60,000 nucleotides of DNA, taken from the NCBI GenBank assembly GCA_051294905.1, contig CM119371.1, forward strand, positions 8,992,001-9,052,000. Direction: 5' to 3'. The translations under genes and the position numbers were made by a program. Source of the stretch: Botryllus schlosseri. Its lineage: Eukaryota. Positions 24,401 through 36,760 of the stretch are shown here, one piece after another (the stretch's first letter is position 1; each line of letters starts with the position of its first letter). Under the pieces are notes generated by a model. It made no database searches and was not told where the DNA came from. It saw nothing but the letters and a program-made list of their open reading frames with translations.

Positions 24401-26255
24401 CAGTGTTGGGATCAAGTCACTACCTTCGAGTCACGAGTCATCTCGAGTCATTAGAGATTTTGACTCGAGTCAAGTCAAGTCAATCGATTTTCAAAGGTGA
24501 CTCGAGTCAAGTCAAGTCACTCATTTTTTGGAGGTGACTCGAGTCAAGTCGAGTCAAGTCAAGTCAAGTCACGAGTCAAGTCACAATTCAAGTCAAATTG
24601 AATTTTCGAAGTATGAGTGATGATTCAAAGTCAATACATTTTGCTAGCTGTGTGAAAGACAGATTAAATAATCATTTATCTTAATCAAATAACGAATATC
24701 TAGTTAAATATGCATGCAAAAAGACGGTGTATCCCTCACGCACACGCAGAACTGCTAATAAAGTACGTGAGTAACTGTACAGCTACATACTACCGTCAGT
24801 TCTTATCAGCCAAAATATCGGACCTAATACGAAGCTTCGAGAAGTTGAAATAAACTGATATGGTACAATAGCCAAACTATTTATCTACACTTCCATGAGA
24901 ATATAAACGCACCCAATATATTCGTTCGATCTAAATCATACAGACATTGCCCAGACATTGCTTCATTGATCATTTGCTACCATTGTTTAATTTTTTTCTA
25001 TTTTCCTTTCCTAACTAAACATTTTTTTACAGCCAGACTGTTCTGAGTCAAGTGTACCTGTTTGATGCTGGTGTGATCAGACTAGATGACCTTCACGGTC
25101 TTATCGATCATTCCTATCTAATACCGAATACTGTGCACTAGGGTGGTTCAAAAATAACCTTTTTTCCTGAATCTTGCAGGTTACTTGATTAAATCGTTAG
25201 GTTGCCTTAAAAAACGACGCACACCAAATTTGAATTCATTCCAACCAATATTTGCGGATTTCGTAGAGTTTGAAAATTTTGAATTTGCCTAAAAATGCAA
25301 AAAAAAATTTTTTTCAAATTTTCCTTCCAACCTTATGAAATTGTTGCGCTGTCTTCAAAAACGATGGAAAACAAATTTGACTCAATTCCAAGCTGCAGAA
25401 GCGGAGTTATTCAAGTTTTTTGATGATAGTTCTGAGATGATCCACCAATCAAGGATAATCCCAGAATTATCAAAGAAAAACTGAAATAACTCCACTTCTA
25501 CGGCTTCGAAATGAGTCAAATTTGTTTTGCATCGTTTTCGAAGACAGCGCAACAATTTCATGGGGTTGGCAGAAAAATTTGAAAAATTTTTTTTTTTGCA
25601 TTTTTAGGCAAATTCAAAATTTTCAAACTCTACGAAATCCGCGAATATTGGTTGGAATGAATTCAAATTTGGTGTGCGTCGTTTTTTAAGGCAACCTAAC
25701 GATTTAATCAAGTAACCTGCAAGATTCAGGAAAAAAGGTTATTTTTGAACCACCCTACTGTGCACGCATATTTTCTGTACTACCATCACTGCCGTTTGTT
25801 ATGTATTTTGGTTCGATGAAAATAAAGACTCTCTCTACAAGAGGATTGGTAAGTGAGCACTGGACAACGTAAGCATTGAGCCGTCTAAGAAACAGAGACA
25901 CATTGTTAGATTAATTTTCTACATTGCTGTCAGTTTATTTGCGATCGAACAATGCAGGAACCTTGTAATGTACAACCAGTGAATGACTGGTTGTTTCTCA
26001 CAAGTGACACCGGCGTAGCTCGAACAATCCGAACATCCACAAGATACAGTGATTTATTCGACACCGCTTACTTAATGACTTGAAATTGACTCGTAAATTT
26101 TGCTCCGAGTCACGAGTCAATGCACATTTTTGAAGCTCCGAGTCAAGTCAAGTCAAGTCATTATTCCAAAGTGACTCGAGTCAAGTCAAGTCATACGAAA
26201 AAGTTGACTCGAGTCTGACTCGAGTCAAGTCATGACTCGAGTCATCCCAACACTG
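24401..26255 (+). mobile_element. hAT-type element (TIR CAGTGTTGGGAT) with dense GACTCGAGTC/AAGTC subterminal arrays, nested in 23949-26803
   Basis: Perfect TSD tattaggc. Related partial copies at ~39445-39555 and ~44780-45507. Confidence 0.9.
25139..25757. mobile_element. Foldback-type palindromic element (~280-bp near-perfect inverted arms), innermost nested element
   Basis: tagggtggttcaaaaataacc...ggttatttttgaaccacccta with TSD ctgtgcac. The arms are almost exact reverse complements. Confidence 0.92.
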
Positions 26256-28163
26256 TATTAGGCTACCCCAAAAGTTATACAGCTGTAGCCAACACCTCGA
26301 TCGCACGTATCTGGTTTTAATGATACACTCAGTAAACATATGAAGTGAAGATAGACCCCGTACGCTAGCTAGATTTGTCACATCAAAAAACGATATCAAT
26401 CTCATTGATTGGTTGAATCGCTCTCTACATGTTATGTATGTCGCTCGTGATGTTATGTGATTGCGGGTCAGCTCACAGCAGAGAGTCACTATATATTCAC
26501 AAACGGAAAGTTGGATATTTAGTGCAAAATTTTTGTAACAAAGCAAGTAAAATCTTTGAAATTGTCGAAGTGGATGCTCGTTTTGAGTTTTTTTTTTATG
26601 CTGCCGGCGTCATTCATAGGGTGGCCCGCAGTTGAAATGCAATAAATTCGAACCAAAGATGTCATCATGAAGTGAAAATTGTAATATATGAAAAAGGTTC
26701 ACAGTGCAGAACCTACCAAGGTTCTGTTGTGAACCCGAACCTTCAAATTCCCGAGGTTCACACACAGAACGCGAACGTGAACCTCGCGTTCACACCATCC
26801 CTACTATCTATTCTCTCAAAGCTGCGCACAATTAAGAAACGTTGCTTTACTCTCTCCTATTCGTAAAATAGCCGAGCAACCGGGGCAAATATGCTTGCTC
26901 GCCCCTAAGGTATCTATATCTGAACTCGGATACCGTGATATGCGTTGAGTCGACCGTTGCTGGTACAGGTCGATTTTGATGGTGTTTCACACCATGATAA
27001 TTCTTGAAACTCGGTATGTCATGTCGTGATGGTGGTATTTAACACTGTCCTAAGTTTCAGGGTTTCTACTTAAAGTTTAGGGTAGTAATTCCGTTTCCAA
27101 AGTCGAGTGTGTGCTGATCGGTCATGTATCGCAAACATATTTCACGCAAAGCCGGTATTGGTCTCCATTGATTTTAAAGATGCTCCTTAGCTAGATCCGT
27201 CATGAACTTTTACATGGTATGTCTTGATTTTAGTATCGAACGCTGTGCCAAGTCTCAAGGTTGACACTCAATGATTAGGGCAGCAATTTCGTTATTAAGT
27301 TAGAGTATGGTAGAGATGTGCGCTGATCTGACACTTAGCCTACCTAACGCATTGCGGGTTTCACGCAAAAGCCGGTGTATCTGTGTTCCATACTGAGATA
27401 GGCGATGAGATGATGATATCATGAAACAGTTTACTAACATCCTCGGTTTGCATTCAAATATTTAGTTTTATTTTATATTCTCCAATGTCAATTTCACCGT
27501 GGAATGGTGGCCTTCGGGCCATTTGCTCACAATTACAACCCCTATCAAGCGCAATAGCTGTTTCGTTTTCGATGGCGGCTAACAGCTGATCGCTTGATCA
27601 GCCGATTCCTCAGTAAATATTACGCAAAATTCGGCGTTGATCTGTTCGTATTAATTTTGACAGTGTACCATACCGAAAACGGTCATGAGGCTATACTTCT
27701 CGATGATTTCATGTAACAGTGTACCAAGTTTTCGGCTTTCATCCACGTATTTATTCGGTAATATATTTTCCGCAGGCGATTTTGCAGCAGACATATAAAC
27801 ACTATAGACCGTAAGCCGTATGTGTCGTGTGACAGTCTCCAGCCTCAAGGCCAGAATCTCCCAAGCTGTACCGGGACCGAATTTCCGAGGCTGCTATCCG
27901 TAGTTCTTCAGAATGATGTTTTGGATTCAATATGACATTTCCTTGTCCAATCTATGAGATAACAATTGCGTATGTGTCCGAACTCGTTGACCTTTCCAGT
28001 TAGGCATACGCAATCTCTCGATTTATAGTCATTTCCATTTCTGCAGATAAGTAGTCAGGTCAAGTGCGAACATGAATCGTGTTGAATCTTTGCTCCGTAC
28101 GCCGTTTAGCCAGCTGCCTTTAGAGCAAAGCGACTAGGTCCGTATCAGCTTAGAAATTGCCCA

Positions 28164-28670
28164 TTGATCCAATCGTACGCCGGAGGAAAGCGCACTCGTG
28201 CCTTTTCTTCAGCGCATTTCGATAAAAATGAATGGCTTACTTATGGCGAGGATAAAAACGCCTTGTTTTGCTTTTACTGTCTTTTATTCGACAGTGCCGG
28301 TACCGAAAGCAGTGGCTCTTGTTGCAACAAAATTGGTTATCGCGATCTGAAGCATTTGTCAGAGCGTCTGAAAACGCACCAAAAATCCCAAGTGCACATG
28401 GCTAGTGCAGTTAAATATAAATTGTTTGGCAGAGTAAATGTAATGTCGCAGCTCAATGAAAGTTATCGCGTATCAGTCTGCAAGCACAATGAGCTTGTAG
28501 ATAAGAATATGCATGTTCTCTCTCGGGTGATTGATGCCATTAAATTTATTGGAGTTCATTAATTGCCCCTTCGAGGCCACGATGAGAAGGAATGCTCTCT
28601 CAATAGGGGGGTATTTTTGGATCTAATTAAATACACGGCTTCCATTGATAGCATTTTACTCGAGGCACAC
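28164..28670 (+). pseudogene. hAT transposase fragment (ZnF-TTF domain plus start of DUF4371; ZMYM1-like/Tip100-group)
   Basis: RAFSSAHFDKNEWLTY..KNALFCFYCLLF...GYRDLKHLSERLKTHQKSQVH is a TTF-type zinc finger. After a TAA at 28560 the frame continues LPLRGHDEKECSLNRGVFLDLI. No catalytic core follows. Confidence 0.85.
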
Positions 28671-30197
28671 TGACAGTTAATTTACCGATATATTTTGTTA
28701 TGGCTATGGAAAAAAAGTGAAAAATTCATCAAGATGAAATAATTTATTCATGAAATTGTTTAATGCGATATGTGCTCGCATTTCAATTTAACACAATGCT
28801 TTGATTCCTGCTTGAATGATGGCAGGCAGACTCGTAATTAATCTTCCATGGATAACAGCTGGCTTTTTATAATGTTTTACGTTTATGGGTGCCACCGCTT
28901 TGATTGCCTATCCCCTGGTCGTAACGCATCAGGATCGTGTACCAAACACTTTCGGACGAGGGCAAATCGATTTGACTCGCTTTCGGGACGAGAATCCATA
29001 TACAAATCGGGTCGGAGGCGCTGCAGCACTTTACAGAATTGCTGAGCATGGAACGATTAAAACACCACAAGGTGTCATGCGAATGCTCTTTGTAGGTAGT
29101 TGGTCTGTGTATTTTTGGTATAGTCTTACTCGGCGCTTGCGTAATCTCTACCACGAAATCATAACGCATGCTACTAAGGATAACCTGATGATTGATTCGA
29201 GGCATGAGAACGATTCTTAGTTCGCGTACATTTTGTAAAATAATCATTTGAATAAAAAACAATGAATAAAACATTTGTTACCGCACTTCAAGTCACGCCA
29301 CCGGCAAACCTCTCGCGGCACCTACGTTATAAATCATTGTTTACGGGAAATTCATGTGGCCATCATGAACGTTGAAAAACGCTCCTGTGACGTCATATTG
29401 ATAACAAGTCGCTTGCGGCCCTTGCCCCACCACCCGATATTGTCACGAGCCGCCACTGCCATCTATACAACTAAGACGTTTTTCGCTAGCGCCCCCGTGG
29501 AGTCCCAGCTGGATTCAAGGTTCAGAACCACTGATTCATAGCGACCAGTTTGACAAAAACGTGATCAAATTATAGTTTCCATTTTAATATTTGTTGAGAT
29601 CAGCACCTTTCCTCTCCGTTAGTAAGGCATATACCGGAATTCACCTGATACATTGATGGCCGATATGCTGTTTCCGCTGCTGACACCATAACCCCCCCCC
29701 CCCCCCCCATATATATATATACATACACGTTCCTCGTCGGTCAATCTCACAACATATATTGAGTGCGCTAGCTATGTATTGCAACTATCTGTTTTTTGTC
29801 TGTGAGCAGTGTTCCCATAACTTTGTAGCCGATACGTACAGGGATTTTGGTAGGCCTACTACTAGAAGTCACGACATGGCTCCCATTATAGACGAGTACC
29901 AGTAATTATAGAGAAGTGCACTAATCGGAAAAGCGAGTTACAAATCAACAGTGTCGAATCGGTGAGCCTGTTTGCGTTAGCATTGGTCTGTTGCGTGGCG
30001 TTTATGTACAGCATCGAAGCAAGGGCCATTCATTCTTTAGCAAGATGTCGTACTGTACAGCACTAACGCATTGCGTAGGTGCGTGGCGAATATTGGGGAT
30101 GTCCGCTGTTGGCCACGATACATGGGTCAATATCAGTTACATTTACAACGAGACTGCTTATTTTGATCTGAACAGTTGAAATTTTACTTTCTTAACC

Positions 30198-33046
30198 ATG
30201 AGTTATTGGGGTGACGACCGACGAAAGTCTACATCGCAGCTTATCAAAGAAACCCGTCTTACCGACGATGATGAAGCCAGCTCTGAACACGGAGAGCAGA
30301 AAAGGGGTATGAGCATCAAATCATATACTTGTACTAAGCATGTTCTGCCTATATGCAAAAGTGTCGCAGATTTTAAAATCCATCACCAGCGTTTAAACCA
30401 AACTACCTGCAGTTTTATTTCAACTTTTGTCATGTCGAGTATAGGTGAAATTGACATTACGAAGGAACTCCTACATCAAGTTGAAATGATATGCTCTCGC
30501 CAGTTTGTTTCATTAGTTTTCTTTTAGCAATGTCGTCGCCGGGGTCTGTCTTGCAAGTTTCAAAGCTACCATTGTCGAGAGACTGTAACATGGATGAGAC
30601 GCCATAATTAAGTAGGCTAGCATAATAAATGTAAATGCCATATCTTAGAATGCACTGTGAATGTAAATGTAAATGCAAATAGTTTACTGTGGTCGAGTGG
30701 CGTGAGTGATTTTTCGCAAATGGTTATGAGACTATTATCCTTTAAGATCGTGAACCCCAGAGACAAGTCACCATACGAACATCAATATCACCATAGTGTC
30801 CTATATGGTGTGGACTACAAATCTCCAATGTTCAGTGAAATTGGTCTACGTCACACTTCCAATTTGGTCAAAGGCAATTTTACGGTAATTTTTGACCGGT
30901 TTGCCGAGCTTTAAATTTCATCACGTCGAATTTTTAGTAACTGGTGCATACCAATGGTCGTTCGTCATATGAACGGGGTTCGGTTGGTTCGGTTATCTGG
31001 GGAATGGCGTAAATTAGCGAGACATCAGCTATCACGCCACAAGAAAATGAGATTGGATTGAGGAAATGTATCCGGAAATAATCTGAAACATTTGAGACAT
31101 AACTTTGGACCCGTTAGAATTTGACCATTCCATTTAGTGGTTAGATTTGTGAGTTACTTATAATGTCACCTTTTGCTGGTCGCGGATCATATACAGTTAT
31201 TATTGCAGATAGTAAAATTGGGAATGAACCATTTACATTGATCGAGTCGGATCCACGATCAATTACACCAGTTGGGAGTAGCGGAACTAGTCAGAAGGCG
31301 TCTGATGAGATACTCCAAAACGAATCGACATCGAATAACGTGGTAAGCGTTGGGACAAGTAAATCGGCGATCGAGTCCGTTACTGCTCACGAAGCCAGTC
31401 AACCGATTTCCGAAGGGCGGATCCCGGCCAACGTTATTATCAGAAGAGCGCAACTTGGGGGAAATGCTCCTGCGGCGGCGCGATCACCCCCATCACGTGA
31501 GTTTGCTTGACAATATTAGCGCAATAGAAAACACCTCGTACGATTGAGCATCAACGCGGTTCTGGTGTTGGTTGACTCCCTTTACCTCACACGAATTGCA
31601 GGCATTATTAATTCATTTGCGCCTTCATTGTCACCACGCTGTACATTAAATAGCTTTATACACTGGGGTTATTTATCGCATTTTCAACATGCACTGTAAA
31701 CACAGGCGTGAATAATGATGTATTTCCCAGATTTTTACAATTGTTAGGCTGCAATTCATCTCGCTTCCAGCTACTAGAAAATATTTACTGTTTTCTCGCA
31801 TATTACAATCCCGGAAAAGGAATAAAATATGGCAATGAATATAATGTGGCAATATTCTAGGAAACACGCATCCCAGGGGTGGTAGGGAAAAGTGTATGGA
31901 AGGAAAGCTTCGTACTATAAAGTCCCATTCATGATTTTCACCGTATGCAATGGTCGAAATCGGCGAAATACAGGAATTTCGGTTACAGCTATGATTGCTC
32001 CAAAAATAAAAACCACCTTAAAACAAACTTGTTTGAAAGTGGTTCTTGTTTAAATAACGCTTTCGTCTATTTTTTTGTCTTTTTGTTTTGGCCATGACGT
32101 CACGGATCCCTAATTTTCATTGTTGATGGACATTGACTGATTGTCTATAGGCTGAATATGGCGCCTTCAACGAAAAAAGCTTACGACTCCTATCGTAGAC
32201 AAGACTAGAAATATCTTTGGGCAGGCCTACATCGTTATGCAGCGTTTTTACGTTCGGTGATCATTATCATCGAAACATCCATTCCGTACAAAATGATCTA
32301 TGTCTACATGCTATTACTGTCGTCCCGACTGCGATTTCGAGGGTTCCGGCCACGTCAACTATATCGGGTGCAAATGTTCCGTAGGCTCATACCACATGTG
32401 TTTTCGAAAGTATTTATACAAGCATATATTTAGACAAAGTTTGAAAAGATTGTTTTTAGGGGTTTTAAAAAAAAAATTAAAATCTGTTTAAATAAAGTGT
32501 TTTAAAACAGCATTTGTTTTATATGCAACCCTAGTTACACCACTGTGTGAAAGCATCTTGGATTTTGCCGTGTATCGCTACCATGCCACCCTTAGTTAAA
32601 GATAATTAGGAAATGCGAAGATAACCCCTGGTTCGTTAACTGACAACTGATGCGAGACTGACACCGATTCGTACATCTCGACAGGTCGGCAAATAAAAAG
32701 AATTCACCGCCTACTTGCTCAGCGAACTGCGTGGCGGCAGAAGCTGAAGATCTCCATGGCAGCAGTGTCGATTTCGATCGTGTTCGCCGTCTCGACTCTG
32801 AGTATCGCCGGTGCGGTTTGGCTACCGACTGCCGATAAGAGAACGGTCGAAATTTTCTCTGTGGTTGCCGTCGTAGCCGGCGTGCTTTGTATTCTCGCCT
32901 GTGTGGGACTGTGGTTCCTGGGGGTGCTGATGCGTTTATTGGATCCATTGAACGACGATAAGGAAGAGGAAGAGGAAAGGACGGTCTCCCAGGGTGATGG
33001 CGAAGCCGACCGAGCAAGTACATCACGTGAAGAACCGACTGATTGA
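30198..33046 (+). CDS. Copy B, uncharacterised two-TM membrane protein (252 aa); coding exons 30198-30306, 31209-31496, 32685-33046
   Basis: Canonical GT-AG, all phase 1 (G|gtatga; ttgcag|AT; TCAC|gtgagt; acag|GT). Continuous ORF MSYWGDDRRKSTSQLIKETRLTDDDEASSEHGEQKR-DSKIGNEP...PPS-RRQIKRIHRLLAQRTAWRQKLKISMAAV...EEPTD*. AATAAA downstream (~33258). Confidence 0.85.
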
Positions 33047-33704
33047 ATTATGCCATTGATGAGTGACGTTCGCAAGTCGAAAGTACCTCGCGTGACCTTT
33101 TCATGTGAAGAGCACGTCACGATTGACATGACGTTGGTACCCTGTTGACTACAAAGCGTTTCTTAGTTAAACGTTATAGTATGAAGTAAAAATACATGAA
33201 AAGGTTTGTTTACGCTAACGTTTGTTAAATGTCATGCTCGGAGATGTTGTGTAAAATAATAAACCTATTTGAAATGTAATACGTTTATCTTGTACATTGA
33301 CGGTATGGGAGCCCAGGGTCTTCCGTCGTGTACGATTCGCTTTTAGTTATTGATTTCATTTACTTATCCCTATTGCGTCACAGACACATACTTCTTCCTA
33401 AATTGTGAGTAGAAATTGGAAGTTGTCGAGTAATTTCTGATCCACATCTGCACGGAGGTTAATCCCAGAGTCTTGCGAGAGCAATTTAAACTGCAAACTC
33501 TACAATTACCGAGGTTTGATAGTATTTCTGATCCACATCTGCACGGAGGTTAACCCCGAGTCAGGCGAGAGCAATCTAAACTGCAAACTCGATAATTACC
33601 GTTAAGACGAGGCTCGGCTGTGGTTTATATTCTGTAAACCGTCCGGGGCGTACTTCCGACTTCAGCGAAATCCGTTTGTTTAGAATGTCTCGTACACAAT
33701 ACAC

Positions 33705-35381
33705 CTGACTTGGGCAATTAGAGAATTTTACGCATTTCCGAATTGAATTAGAATTAGAATTAGAGAGAGAATCAGTTTATTTTTTCAAATTGGATTAGAA
33801 TTAGAGCTATACAAGTTTTCTAAATTTGATTAGAATTATAATTGGAGCTACACGGCTTTTTCAAAATTAGACAAGAATTAGAATTGCTGAATTCGCAAGA
33901 ACTTGGAAATTGAGTGAAATTGTGAATGGAAATGAATACAGCAAAAATCAGTTTACATGATAATAGCACAGTGCATTCCCATAACCATGACAATTGTTAA
34001 CGTGTGTTCACCAAGCTTGACTCGTATTGAACTACCCAGGGGTCACCGCAATCGCCGCCGGCGACCTGATTTCAGATTTCGGAAATACGCGATGTAAAGC
34101 ATTTTTATATGCTAAAATTGATTTCAATTTCAAATTATTGTTGTTGTTTCAAATCAGCTATTCGCCTGTGCCCAACAACACTATTCCACACTAGCTGAAA
34201 CGGCTTCGGCGATGGCAACAGCATTCCATCGATGGAGAGTCTGCTGATATCAATAAACATTTTACCTTGATATGCAATTGCCCAGACACTGTCAAGACAG
34301 AGACGCTTAGAAAACGACGTAGGAAGTCCCCACATGATCAATATTTAGGATGAGATAGTCTGGCTAGCTCCAATATCGATCGATTATAGTTGGAAAGCGT
34401 TGTCGGGTATCGTGCGCAGCTCATAGTTCAAAATAAATTACGTTTATATTCATGATATTTCTTGTTATATTTGTACTACTTTAATAAAATATTACTTCTT
34501 TGTTGGTAACCAGCATGATATTCGCCCATGTTAGTCAGCACTGCGCTGTACTGACGTAAAGTTTCAAAAACTAGAATGTTGTTCCGCAGATCACCAGCTA
34601 CTATGCTACAGAGATGAGCATGGATTAGGATTAGGATTTGAAAAAACAGGATTTGTGAAATTTTTTCGGATTTGGATTGGATTAGGATTAAAGATTTTTT
34701 ACTGAACGGATTAGGATTTGGATTGGATTTAACTATTTTCTGGGAGATCGATATGTCGTGTGGCGAATGGTGACAAACTTTATTCAGATCAGTTATTACT
34801 GTACTTATGGTTGCTAAGTTATCTTGAATCAAGGGAATCGTTGGTTGTGAAAGAAAATTTTCCAATTCCTCCCTTGCATAAATTAGCATTTTTTCTGAAT
34901 TTCCACTTAGAATCGGATTAGGATTGGACATGGACTTGAATATGAAAAATATATGGATTAGGATTTGGATTTGGATTGGATTAGGACATAGAAATTCCAA
35001 ATCCGCTCATCTCTGCTATGCTAGCAGGTTATTAGCCTATATTCGTCACAATAGCTACTATGATTCGACGGTGTGAGAAAGACGATGGCGGCTTGGCACT
35101 GGATTTCCCTGCGTGAGAGAGATATATTCTTGTTAACTCGCTGCAAAATGCCGCGGACGAAGAGGCATTTTAGGGAAAGCAATAAATTAGATTAAAACTA
35201 ATATTATGGCAGAGAGACATTTCACAAATTAGATTAGAATTGGAATTGAAGCATAAGAACATTTCACAAATTCGATTATAATTTTCACAAATTATATTTC
35301 AAATTAAAATCAGATTACTGGCATTTCGCTCTAATTTAGTGAAATTAAACAACTGGTATTATCTATAGTTGTCCAAGTCTG
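33705..35381. mobile_element. hAT-type element (TIR CAGACTTGGACAA) with AATTAG subterminal repeats; hosts the 34609-35015 MITE
   Basis: TSD caatacac/caatacaa. Empty site in unit A at ~19062. Short relative at ~40395-40696. Confidence 0.8.
34609..35015 (-). mobile_element. hAT-type MITE (TIR CAGAGATGAGC), copy 2
   Basis: Perfect TSD ctatgcta. Reverse complement of 13967-14435. Confidence 0.9.
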
Positions 35382-35390
35382 CAATACAAA

Positions 35391-35685
35391 GTGTGGCGAG
35401 ATAGCGTAGTGGTATAGCCCAAAGCTACAGCTACAGGACCAACGGACTGTGGGTTCGAGTCCGACCGATGTCGACTCTGTAATTCCTACCTAAGTGGTGG
35501 AGGTTTATCTAAGCTCCTCCTCGCCATATCATCCGCGTACGTGGTGTCTTACAAAACGCCTAGACGTGGGCCGTGCTACAAGTCGGCAGGTACGGAATCA
35601 TAAATAAGGAATATCGGCCTGGTGTGAATAACCATAGTAGTAGACTAACACCATGAATACCACAAATAACAACAACACAGTAGAA
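35391..35685 (+). mobile_element. tRNA-derived SINE, family 1
   Basis: A-box-like tagcgtagtggt, B-box gggttcgagtcc, shared body and (AAC)n tail. Minus-strand copies at 38115-38318 plus 43453-43548 (split by the Harbinger element) and ~43590-43790. Confidence 0.8.
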
Positions 35686-36029
35686 CAAAGGCTATTTGGC
35701 CGTCACATAACAAGTTGAGTCCACTATACTGCAAGAGGAATTTCTGAAATTAGGCACCCTCGCTTTGATGGCCGTCAGTTCATCAGCAGCGTTGGGTTTA
35801 TGACGATATTGACATGACCAGCGTTGCATTTAAAACAAATGGTCTTTTTAAAAAAACAAAATTGTGTTTTTTTTAGGCTGTAAAATTATTCCATTATTGT
35901 GTAAACACTTTCCAAAACATGTTGTATGAGAATACGGACAATTTCCACCCTATTTAGCCGGCGCATATTGATATGTGATGGTTGGAACCCTTAAAAAAGC
36001 CGGTTCAACAGTTATAGTACAGATAGTTA

Positions 36030-36760
36030 GTAAAGGAGCTATATCTACCCATATTTTCAATTGTCAATGTCAATCCATTATGACGTCATAATTGAATATT
36101 CATGACGCCATGGCTTAAAATACACAAATTTAAAAACAATAAAAAACATGTTTTAAATTGGGGCCTCGTTATAAACATGCTTGTTTTTAATTGATTTTTG
36201 TTAATAAATTAAACCCTAGACATGATATTCTCCGTGTTGCAGTGATGCAACACTCTTTTCTAATCGTCTGCACTGGAATCCACCAATAATAAAAAGGTAC
36301 GCTGTACAACTGTATATGCACTATTGAGAACGGAAGCCGAAATATAAAAAAATAATACATGCTGGAATACAGTATTGATATGTAAACGAATCCACCTACA
36401 GAGGTACTGCGCCATGCGCAGTATTTGTAATGTCGTCGTTTGCTAACTTCAGCATCCAACCGGCACGCGTATAGTCGTAACGAGTGAAAATGTGTTCATC
36501 AATGATATTGAGATATCTTGGTCATCTCATTTCCTGACACTGTTACCCGCAGGTGTTCATATAAATGCTTGGGCAAGAATTGGCTATTTGCAATACCGAG
36601 TCTGCATGATCAGCATACATAGTATTTTGCGAGCCATCTATTAACAGCAACACTCAGCATATAGCCATGAAATGTCAGTTTCTAGGTTCCGATCGGTTCC
36701 TTTTCCTTAAAAAATGCAATCCATTTCTTTCTTGATACATTGTACGAAACGGCAGGATAA
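36030..36760 (-). mobile_element. Possible degraded Kolobok-like element with a P2RX7-C-terminal-like accessory gene remnant
   Basis: Minus-strand fragments ECCC, KRRHYKYCAWRS..FVY and IPVQTIRKE..(GEY)..GF resemble the Cys-rich P2X7-like domain. taaaggagc terminus and TGACGTCA motifs near 36031-36110. Multiple frameshifts. Confidence 0.35.

Larger units (their letters stand above)
23949..26803 (+). mobile_element. hAT-type MITE (TIR TAGGGATGGTG) nested in 23686-29458
   Basis: Perfect TSD ctatctat. Empty site in the sister element at ~20681. Confidence 0.9.
23686..29458 (+). mobile_element. hAT element (TIR CAGTGGCGGCTCGT) with transposase remnant; hosts three further nested elements
   Basis: Perfect TSD ccatctat (23678-23685, 29459-29466). 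Empty site in unit A at ~7535. Confidence 0.92.
19958..35455 (+). repeat. Tandem segmental duplication unit B
   Basis: Collinear with unit A but carries a different set of TE insertions. Confidence 0.85.

Noticed and set aside
24401..24600. Regular GAGTCAAGTC/GACTCGAGTC repeats (also 26100-26255) resembling a CRISPR-like array
   Set aside because: No constant repeat-spacer periodicity. These are subterminal repeats within a TIR/TSD-bounded hAT element in eukaryotic DNA.
28848..29541. Cluster of overlapping ORFs at the right end of the hAT element
   Set aside because: Not preserved in frame in the sister copy (22400-22850) and no recognisable transposase motifs.
29692..29728. Poly-C run plus (AT)n microsatellite upstream of copy B
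   Set aside because: Simple slippage expansion (copy A has only ccccc). No evidence of function.
32300..32491. Cys-rich ORF (MSTCYYCRPDCDFEG...) in the last intron of copy B
   Set aside because: The paralogous intron in copy A has a frameshifting ~14-nt insertion and no ATG. No convincing splice sites.
34476..35000. Longest ORF in the track (174 aa, minus) and the related 14022-14372/14257-14445 ORFs
   Set aside because: They arise from low-complexity AATCC repeats of a MITE and are not conserved in frame between copies.
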